A stretch of DNA of 64,000 nucleotides. Source: Candidatus Zipacnadia bacterium (GTDB lineage: Bacteria > Armatimonadota > Zipacnadia > Zipacnadales > Zipacnadaceae). Below are positions 57,626-64,000 of this stretch, one piece after another; the stretch's first letter is position 1, and the number at the start of each line of letters is the position of its first letter. Location of the stretch: NCBI GenBank assembly GCA_029820565.1, contig JALGUR010000009.1, positions 1,787-65,786 of the forward strand. Direction: 5' to 3'. The position numbers were made by a program, and so were the translations under genes. A model generated the notes under the pieces. That model was given only the letters and a program-made list of their open reading frames with translations. It searched no databases and had not been told where the DNA came from.

Positions 57626-58528
57626 GTGCTGAAGATAGACCTGCTGCCGCGACAATTCGCGATTGCTCGCACTAATAAGAAGTGGATAGGAATATTTGCA
57701 GTTCTACTGGCTGTTGTTGTGCTCGGGTTCTTTATCTGGTTTGGCGGCATTGGGTCCCAGATTGAGAAGGTGCAGGCCGACGTAGATGAAGTTAAGCCTA
57801 TCGCCGACGAAGTGCGTGCCTTGCGCAGCGAGAAACAGTCCAAAGAAGCGGATCTGCAGCCCATAAAGGATAAGTTGCAGTTTATTGCCCAAGCGGATCG
57901 CAGTGTCTCGGTGTACTGGGACCGATTTCACGCGATTAACAAGTACATTTGGGACCGAGCCCAGGTCTCGGCTTTTACCATCACTCCGCCTGATACCGTG
58001 CAGTTTACCGTGACGATTCACGGGACGCAGGAAGCCGGTCGTTTCGTGCTCAACCTGCTGCGCTGTCCGGCGCTGACTAATATTAGTATATCAGGACTAC
58101 CCGCAGGCAAGTCGGTGGAAGGAGAAGGTGGCGTCACCGGACCAAGCCGCGGCGGTTTTGGTGCGCCTGGTATGCCGGGAAGACCGGGAGGTCCACCGCG
58201 GATGCCGGAAAGACCAGGAGGGCCAGCGGGCCCGGGGCCGATGGTACCCGGACCAATGGCACCACCAGGAGGGCCGTTCGGGTTAGGCGCACAGCCTGGT
58301 GTGACGACTGAGACTGCTGAGGTAGGTAGTCCCGAAGAGGAAATCATATTCCAGGTGACGGCTACCCTAACTGAACCGATAAATGCCCCCCAGCTGCCGG
58401 GGACGGCGGTAGCGGGTGGCATGGGTATGCCCGGGATGGGACCGCCCGGTATGGGACCACCGGGTATGGGACCACCGGGTATGGGACCACCGGGGCCAGG
58501 GGCCGAGGAACCAGAAGAGGACCTCTAA
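57626..58528 (+). CDS. pilN: PilN-like protein with Met/Gly/Pro-rich C-terminal tract
   Basis: MLKIDLLPRQF, then a transmembrane helix and coiled coil as in PilN. The tail is ..GMGMPGMGPPGMGPPGMGPPGMGPPGPG... Confidence 0.8.
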   Translation: MLKIDLLPRQFAIARTNKKWIGIFAVLLAVVVLGFFIWFGGIGSQIEKVQADVDEVKPIADEVRALRSEKQSKEADLQPIKDKLQFIAQADRSVSVYWDRFHAINKYIWDRAQVSAFTITPPDTVQFTVTIHGTQEAGRFVLNLLRCPALTNISISGLPAGKSVEGEGGVTGPSRGGFGAPGMPGRPGGPPRMPERPGGPAGPGPMVPGPMAPPGGPFGLGAQPGVTTETAEVGSPEEEIIFQVTATLTEPINAPQLPGTAVAGGMGMPGMGPPGMGPPGMGPPGMGPPGPGAEEPEEDL

Positions 58529-58636
58529 TCCCGTTTGAGTGAGTAGCGGTTGGCTGGAGAGATAAACAGTGACAAAGGTGGTAGAGAGCAAGACTTAGGG
58601 CTAAGACAGGGCCTCTAACTGCATAGGAAAACTAAT

Positions 58637-59392
58637 ATGGGTAGAATACCGCCTATAGCAATAATTATAGTGGGGGTGCTATTAATCATCGGGGTGAGTG
58701 CCGGTGCCTTCTTTGTGCTGATAAAACCGAAGAGGGCAGAGTTGGCTGAACTACAAGCCAAGCTGGAGGAGGAGCAGAAAGTAGCGGCGGAACTGGACAG
58801 CGCCAAAGATGAACTGCTCAAGATGACGAAGCGGTGGAAGAAGGCCCAAGACGATTTGGAAGAAGCCCGGGACACCCGCAGTATTCCCATCTCCTTCACC
58901 CAGCCCATAACGGCCATGGTCAGCCTGTGGCCGGAATATCGCAAGACATTGCCTGATAAGGTCACAGAGTTTGTGGAAAGCAGCGGCTGCACCATTACTT
59001 CAGGAGCTTCATTTCCCGCGCCTCCCAGTGTGCCGCCGCCCGCGCCGAGCAGCGGCTTTTTGCAGATACCCGAGGGCCAGGATATCACCTTAGCGGTGGA
59101 AGGATCACTGACTGAGGTAGAGAAACTGTACAGATCACTGCGCGATTTCCCCCGGGTAACGGTAGTGAGTAGCTTGTCATTGACCGGTGTAGATGATACA
59201 ATATCAGCACAACTGCCGCTGACGTTCTATCTATTAGTGGAGGTACCGGAGGGCGCAGCAGCGGCCCCTATGGGATTCGGACGAGGAGGAATGGGACCGC
59301 CCGGGATGGGACCGCCTATGCCACCGGGACCGCCCGGAATGGGACCGCCAATGCCACCGGGTCCGCCGGGCCCTGGATTTTCACCTCCGTAA
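58637..59392 (+). CDS. pilO: PilO-like protein with Met/Gly/Pro-rich C-terminal tract
   Basis: Transmembrane helix, then coiled coil (KPKRAELAELQAKLEEEQK), then an alpha/beta core. The tail is GMGPPGMGPPMPPGPPGMGPPMPPGPPGPGFSPP. Confidence 0.75.
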   Translation: MGRIPPIAIIIVGVLLIIGVSAGAFFVLIKPKRAELAELQAKLEEEQKVAAELDSAKDELLKMTKRWKKAQDDLEEARDTRSIPISFTQPITAMVSLWPEYRKTLPDKVTEFVESSGCTITSGASFPAPPSVPPPAPSSGFLQIPEGQDITLAVEGSLTEVEKLYRSLRDFPRVTVVSSLSLTGVDDTISAQLPLTFYLLVEVPEGAAAAPMGFGRGGMGPPGMGPPMPPGPPGMGPPMPPGPPGPGFSPP

Positions 59393-59447
59393 TGGCGGCG
59401 AGCAGGACGGCAAGTAAGACGGACAACCAGAGAGGAATTATCAGCCA

Positions 59448-60101
59448 GTGGACCGTCAACAGAAGGCTAAGATGATGGTAGTAGGCGGGGTCGGAGTGTT
59501 TGTGATAGCAATCGTAGTATTGCTATTGTTTGTGCTCCCGGCCACCCGGGAGGGTAGTCTTCCTCTCCAAGCACAACCAGCGCCCGGAGGTGGGGCGCCG
59601 ACAATGCCGGGGCCTCCTGGTATGCCTGGGCCTGGTATGCCTGGTATGGGAGGCTTTGGGATGGCTCCGCCAACAGTGCCTGAGGGAGTTAAGGGGGATC
59701 CTCTGGAGCCCTCACGACCTAATCCCTTTAAGCCGGTGGGCGTACTGGGCATAGAAGCGATAGAGGATTTTGTTACGCCAGCCACTAGATATGGGCCAGT
59801 TTGGAGTCGTATGCCTATTACTACTCGCGTCGGCTTTCCCCGACCCGAACGACCGGCGCGGCCGGCTCCGCCCGAGCCCCCGCCTCCCACGGCTAAGAAG
59901 TTCCTCCGTATCAGCGTTATTATGTGGAGCAAGGGTGTGCCCACGGCTAGCTACGAAACTGCTGAGGGCAAAATTGGGAGTATCCAACCAGGAGACTGGG
60001 TGGAGGAATGGCAGGTCGTGGAAATTGGTCAGGACTATGTTGTAGTCAAAAACCGTGATACCGGCGAGATACAGCGAGTGTTCTTAAAGGGCAAAGAGTG
60101 A
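59448..60101 (+). CDS. PilP-like protein (tentative) with Pro/Gly/Met-rich linker
   Basis: Transmembrane helix, then the linker GGGAPTMPGPPGMPGPGMPGMGGFGMAPP, then a small C-terminal beta domain (..IQPGDWVEEWQVVEIGQDYVVVKN..). Sits in the pilP position. Confidence 0.6.
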   Translation: MDRQQKAKMMVVGGVGVFVIAIVVLLLFVLPATREGSLPLQAQPAPGGGAPTMPGPPGMPGPGMPGMGGFGMAPPTVPEGVKGDPLEPSRPNPFKPVGVLGIEAIEDFVTPATRYGPVWSRMPITTRVGFPRPERPARPAPPEPPPPTAKKFLRISVIMWSKGVPTASYETAEGKIGSIQPGDWVEEWQVVEIGQDYVVVKNRDTGEIQRVFLKGKE

Positions 60102-60174
60102 ACTTAGGCGGCCCGGGGGTCGTCAGTGCGTATACCGACGTAGCGCTGCAAACCGGACGTAGAGACTATCGGAG

Positions 60175-61011
60175 GTGAGGACTGTGAGATGTACCAAATT
60201 GACAATAGCGTTGCTGGCGATGGGGTTGATATTGGCCCAAGGGCCAGTTGGGGCTGAGGGAGCTAACTTCCAGTGGGAGGGAGCCACCGTAAATCAGGCC
60301 TTGTCCGCCTTGAATCGTCAATTCCAGCTCAACTATTCCATAGCGGGCGATTTGGGCGAACGAAAGATCACTGCCTCTTTGACCAATGCTACCGCGGCCG
60401 AAGCGTTCCAGACCATTCTGGAGGCTAGTAATCTGGCGGCGGTCAATGATGGTGGCGTGTGGCGGATTCGGGAAAAGCCGGAGGGTGGCGCTATTGCGCA
60501 GCGGGGTATGCCTGGAGCACCAGGCCTGCCGCAGCCTATGATGGGGCCGGCGCAACCGGGATTTCCAAGTCGTCAACCACCGGTGCCGTTCCGCCAGCCG
60601 CCCGCGCAGGTGCAGCGGGGCCCCGGCGCAGAGGCGGAAGCCGCCGAAATCCCCGAAGAGTGGAATCCGGAGAACTGGGTGATGCGCATCATTCCCCTGA
60701 AGTTTATAAATCCGTATCTGGTGACGGACATATTTGGGGGTCAGACAGTCAGCGAAGAGTATTATAGCGGCGGTGGTGGTGGTCGTGGTGGCTATGGTGG
60801 GCGTGGCGGTTACGGTGGCCGCAGCGGTGGCTATGGTGGGCAGAGCGGTTACGGTGGCCGCAGCGGTGGCTATGGTGGGCAGAGCGGTTACGGTGGCCGT
60901 AGCGGTGGCTATGGTGGGCAGAGCAGTTACGGTGGCCGTAGCGGTGGCTATGGTGGGCAGAGCAGTTACGGTGGCGGCGGCTATAGTGGAGGCGGCTACC
61001 GCGGTTACTAA
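60175..61011 (+). CDS. Secreted secretin-N-terminal (N0/STN-like) paralog with Gly/Tyr/Arg/Ser-rich repeat tail
   Basis: Signal peptide. The domain ..ATVNQALSALNRQFQLNYSIAGDL..ITASLTNATAAEAFQTILEA.. is collinear with PilQ residues ..GDIVDVLRMLGRAADVDIVINEGV..MKLRDKTIEQALWLITQA... The tail is (GYGGRSGGYGGQS)n. The start is likely GTG 60184. Confidence 0.75.
   Translation: MRTVRCTKLTIALLAMGLILAQGPVGAEGANFQWEGATVNQALSALNRQFQLNYSIAGDLGERKITASLTNATAAEAFQTILEASNLAAVNDGGVWRIREKPEGGAIAQRGMPGAPGLPQPMMGPAQPGFPSRQPPVPFRQPPAQVQRGPGAEAEAAEIPEEWNPENWVMRIIPLKFINPYLVTDIFGGQTVSEEYYSGGGGGRGGYGGRGGYGGRSGGYGGQSGYGGRSGGYGGQSGYGGRSGGYGGQSSYGGRSGGYGGQSSYGGGGYSGGGYRGY
60808..60975 (+). repeat. Near-perfect 39-bp tandem repeat (about 4.3 units)
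   Basis: ggttacggtggccgcagcggtggctatggtgggcagagc is repeated head-to-tail, with only c/t and g/a third-position or first-position changes. Confidence 0.95.
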
Positions 61012-61031
61012 GGGAAGACTGCTGCAAAACC

Positions 61032-61056
61032 GGTAGGAGGGGCATCCTTGCCCCGA
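61032..61056 (+). repeat. REP-like element
   Basis: GTAGGAGGGGCA-tcct-TGCCCCgat, 21 nt after the stop of the upstream gene. Confidence 0.7.
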
Positions 61057-61241
61057 TACTTGTATAAGTGCGGATAGCCGAAGGTAGGCAGAATATCTTG
61101 CTAACAGGTTTCCAATTGCCTTTTGCAACAATCTCAAGTAAAGAGTTGACCGGTTAGTTATCAGGTTTAGTGGGTCTTAGGTATTTGGGTTATGGTGATA
61201 CATAAGTCGGCAGCCGGTAGCGTAACCAGGGAGGGTTAGTT

Positions 61242-62999
61242 ATGTTCAGGTCATCGCTTTGGCAATCAAAGTTTACCATTACACTCGTCATCGCGGCATT
61301 GATAGCAGTACTGGGCGTGGTGGGCCCAGCCAAGGCAGAGCAGCAGGCCGACCACCCACCAATCAACATTGACATCCGGGGCGGCGACATAGTTGATGTC
61401 CTGCGAATGCTGGGGCGAGCAGCGGATGTTGATATTGTAATCAATGAGGGCGTGGCGGGAGAGATCCCCAGTATGAAACTGCGGGATAAGACCATTGAGC
61501 AGGCTCTGTGGCTAATCACTCAGGCGCAGGGCTATCGTTGTTATCAGGTGGACGAGCGGACCTACGTTGTGTCAGTCGCACCGTTGACCGCTCCACGCCC
61601 TGGTCAGGCGGCACCAACTGAATTAACCTCGCCCTTTGAGGGACAGGGCACGCCAGTAGCCACCCCGCCGGCCCGTGACCAGACATTGCAACCACAGCCT
61701 TCGCCGGTGCTCACGGCGACTACCCCGCCGCCAGCCCCGGGCGTTAGTGCGCCTGAGCGTGGCAGTGTAGAGGTCGTCACTGAGAGGCTGCCACTAAAAT
61801 ACGAAGACCCGCGCGTGATTGCTCTGGCCTGCGGCGGTACGGTAGTGAGTGGGCGGATGTTCTCCCCGCGCGAATTACTGCCCGCCCGCCACAAGCCCTA
61901 TGGCAATATGTCGGGTCAACGTGCGGCTACGGCTCAGCCCTTTGCCGGTGACTTGGCCGCGCCTGGCGCTCCGGGATTGGGCGGCTGGGGCCAGATGTAT
62001 CCCGGTGGGGGAGGTCTGGGTGGTGGCTTAGGTGGCTACGGGGGCGGGCAACGTGGTATGGGCGGCTATGGAGGAGGAATGGGTGGGTACGGCGGAGCGA
62101 TGGGCGGCATGGGGGGGCGGTATGGTGGCGGTGGATACGGCGGTGGCTATGGTGGAGGAGGAGGTATGGGCATTATGTTGCCCGAAGGTATGATGCCTCC
62201 GGTGGCGCTCATGCAACAAAATGTGCTACTGGTCCACGGTACTCAGGAGGCTATTGACAAATTCCGCGAGATACTCGCCATTTTTGACAAACCGGCCAAA
62301 CAGGTAGAAATAGCCGCTAAATTCATCGAGATAGAGACCACGCAGGATAAAGCCTTCGGCATCGACTGGTTTGTTTCCAACGGCGCAACGGAGTTTTTCA
62401 ACTTGGGCTTCGCTCCGGGTGAAGGCATTAGTGTGGCCCGATTTAGGCGGGGACGGTTTGAAGCCGAGTTGCGCACGTTAATCAGCGAAGGACGAGCCCA
62501 AGTAATTAACGAGCCGCGCGTGACCACCCAGAATAATATGCCGGCTGAGGTGAACTTTTCCACTGAGATACCCTACTTTTATGCCACTATAACCTACAAT
62601 CAGTTCGGCCAGCGCGAAGTTGACTATGAAAGTGACACTGTCTCAGTAATGCAAGCCCTGTATGTAACCCCGAGAATCTCGGAGGACGACAGTATAGTTC
62701 TGGATCTACAGCCCGAGATTGATGACCAAGTGGGCACCGTGGTCGGCCCCAACGGCGAAACTTTGCCCATTATCAGTACGCAGACTGCCTACACACAGGT
62801 GCGGGTACCGGATGGCGACACCCTGGTCATCGGGGGCATGATCCGCAGAAATGAGACCCACAACATCCGGAAGACGCCCCTGCTGTCAGAGATTCCCATA
62901 ATCGGGGATTTGTTCAAATCCAAGAAAACTGCAATCCGCAACTCCGAACTGTTGATATTCGTTACCCCTCGTATTATCAGGGAGATACCGCGGCAATAG
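61242..62999 (+). CDS. pilQ: Type IV pilus secretin PilQ with internal Gly/Tyr/Met-rich insertion
   Basis: Signal peptide. Conserved C-terminal secretin domain (..VPDGDTLVIGGM.., ..TPLLSEIPIIGDLFKSK..ELLIFVTPRII). About 90 aa of GGLGGYGGGQRGMGGYGGGMGGYGGAMGGMGGRYGGGGYGG.. lie between the N0 and secretin domains. Confidence 0.9.
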   Translation: MFRSSLWQSKFTITLVIAALIAVLGVVGPAKAEQQADHPPINIDIRGGDIVDVLRMLGRAADVDIVINEGVAGEIPSMKLRDKTIEQALWLITQAQGYRCYQVDERTYVVSVAPLTAPRPGQAAPTELTSPFEGQGTPVATPPARDQTLQPQPSPVLTATTPPPAPGVSAPERGSVEVVTERLPLKYEDPRVIALACGGTVVSGRMFSPRELLPARHKPYGNMSGQRAATAQPFAGDLAAPGAPGLGGWGQMYPGGGGLGGGLGGYGGGQRGMGGYGGGMGGYGGAMGGMGGRYGGGGYGGGYGGGGGMGIMLPEGMMPPVALMQQNVLLVHGTQEAIDKFREILAIFDKPAKQVEIAAKFIEIETTQDKAFGIDWFVSNGATEFFNLGFAPGEGISVARFRRGRFEAELRTLISEGRAQVINEPRVTTQNNMPAEVNFSTEIPYFYATITYNQFGQREVDYESDTVSVMQALYVTPRISEDDSIVLDLQPEIDDQVGTVVGPNGETLPIISTQTAYTQVRVPDGDTLVIGGMIRRNETHNIRKTPLLSEIPIIGDLFKSKKTAIRNSELLIFVTPRIIREIPRQ

Positions 63000-63036
63000 T
63001 TGTTCGCAACCGGCACGATTGAATAGTTGCCCCTGC

Positions 63037-63065
63037 AAACGGCACGAGCGTCGGTGCCGTTTGTG
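63037..63065 (+). terminator. Hairpin, possible terminator after pilQ
   Basis: AAACGGCAC-gagcgtcg-GTGCCGTTT followed by only a short T run. Confidence 0.4.
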
Positions 63066-63076
63066 CGTAAAGGAGA

Positions 63077-64000
63077 ATGGTGGTGGCTGATTCACTGCAC
63101 TTCTATACCGCCGGCGAATCACATGGGCCGCGTCTGCTGGCCATAATAGAGGGCCTTCCGGCGGGCGTCCCGGTTGCGACCGCGTTTATTGACCAACAAC
63201 TCCGCCGCCGCCAGAGCGGATACGGCCGTGGGGCCCGAATGGACATAGAACACGACCAGGCCGCGGTGGTCAGTGGCGTGCGCCACGGGTACAGCCTGGG
63301 CACACCCTTGGGACTGGTTATTGAGAACCGCGATTGGCCCAACTGGGAACAGGAGATGTCTCCTCAGCCACCTCCGGAGGATTTCGTCAGCCAGCGTCGG
63401 GTAACCACTCCTCGTCCGGGCCATGCCGACCTGGCCGGGGCGGCCAAGTTCGGCCACCGGGATATGCGCAATGTCCTGGAGCGCGCCAGTGCCCGCGAGA
63501 CCGCCGCCCGCGTGGCGGTCGGAGCAGTTTGTCAGCAATTATTGGCTCAATTTGACATGAGCATACGCAGTTGCGTAGTAAACATCGGGGGCATCCAAGC
63601 CTCGGCGCCGGCGCAACCTGATGAGGATTTCTTCGCTACAGTGGAGGCCAGCGAGGTGCGTTGTGGCGATCCCCAAGCGGCGGCCGGGATGCGCGAGGTC
63701 ATTGATAAGGCCCGCCGGGACGGGGATAGCCTGGGCGGTATTTTCCGAGTCTACGGCTTTGCGGTCCCACCGGGGCTGGGCACAATGGCCACTTGGCAGC
63801 AACGGCTGGATAGCCGGCTGGCTGCCGCCGTGATGAGCATTCCGGCCATTAAGAGTGTAGAAATAGGCCTGGGCCGCCAGGTGGCCAACTGTCCTGGCTC
63901 TCAGGTCCACGATCCTATCGAGTTTGACGGGGAGCGCAGTGCCTGGCCTTTTGTGCGCCCGACCAATAATGCCGGCGGTGTGGAGGGAGGAATGTCCAAC
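63077..64000 (+). CDS. aroC: Chorismate synthase, 3'-truncated by the window edge
   Basis: Not in the ORF track because there is no stop in the window. The translation ..LHFYTAGESHGPRLLAIIEGLPAGV..RRRQSGYGRGARM..RPGHADLAG..ERASARETAARV.. is canonical AroC. The start is ATG 63077 or GTG 63083, after AGGAG. Confidence 0.9.
   Translation, partial: MVVADSLHFYTAGESHGPRLLAIIEGLPAGVPVATAFIDQQLRRRQSGYGRGARMDIEHDQAAVVSGVRHGYSLGTPLGLVIENRDWPNWEQEMSPQPPPEDFVSQRRVTTPRPGHADLAGAAKFGHRDMRNVLERASARETAARVAVGAVCQQLLAQFDMSIRSCVVNIGGIQASAPAQPDEDFFATVEASEVRCGDPQAAAGMREVIDKARRDGDSLGGIFRVYGFAVPPGLGTMATWQQRLDSRLAAAVMSIPAIKSVEIGLGRQVANCPGSQVHDPIEFDGERSAWPFVRPTNNAGGVEGGMSN

Noticed and set aside
58420-58497. Collagen-like triple-helix repeat in PilN/PilO tails (GPPGMGPP..)
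   Set aside because: The periodicity is 5 residues (GMGPP), not Gly-X-Y triplets.
60166-61137. 323-aa minus-strand ORF (and 60749..61045) opposite the Gly/Tyr-repeat gene
   Set aside because: Its openness is a by-product of the stop-free repeat. Its translation (TATATVTALPTIA.. repeats) has no start context. The plus-strand gene has a signal peptide, an N0-like domain and an RBS.

Overview
GC-rich bacterial chromosomal window, almost fully coding. No rRNA, tRNA, CRISPR array, transposase or integrase was recognised. The abundance of DUF1559/H-X9-DG-type pseudopilins suggests a diderm of a Planctomycetota- or Armatimonadota-like lineage; this is inference only.

Layout:
- 1-11.7 kb: glycan-processing-like genes (discoidin/GH-like protein, two BNR/Asp-box sialidase-like proteins, PIG-L deacetylase, URO-D-family protein) together with glyA.
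- 11.7-13.4 kb: purH.
- 13.5-17.5 kb: a cobalamin-riboswitch-controlled operon whose first gene is an H-X9-DG pseudopilin, followed by a BtuF/D/C-like ABC importer.
- 17.6-21.2 kb: a frameshifted trpB2, and a cysS broken by a perfect 34-bp tandem duplication with its C-terminal domain on a separate small ORF.
- 21.2-26.4 kb: tatA, three tandem Tat-signal DUF362 paralogs each with its own consensus-like promoter, and a PfkB kinase.
- 26.5-31.9 kb: two dockerin-bearing lipoproteins sharing a near-identical N-terminal module.
- 32-35.5 kb: aminotransferase, mreB, murA.
- 36-41 kb: membrane protein, RNase H, GH-like protein, Gfo/Idh/MocA oxidoreductase.
- 41.1-63 kb: one co-directional type IV pilus supercluster (pilB, pilT, pilC, pilD, two pilin-like genes, three giant pseudopilins of 543/688/1096 aa, pilM/N/O, a PilP-like gene, a secretin N-terminal paralog, pilQ), followed by a 3'-truncated aroC.

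Most unusual observations:
1. Five consecutive periplasmic pilus-machine proteins carry Met/Gly/Pro- or Gly/Tyr-rich low-complexity tracts. These include a near-perfect 39-bp tandem repeat encoding an RGG/YGG-type tail.
2. A B12 riboswitch controls a pseudopilin gene.
3. A family of GTAG-flanked REP-like hairpins with compensatory stem changes sits at gene 3' ends.
4. C-terminal gene relics lie next to intact paralogs.
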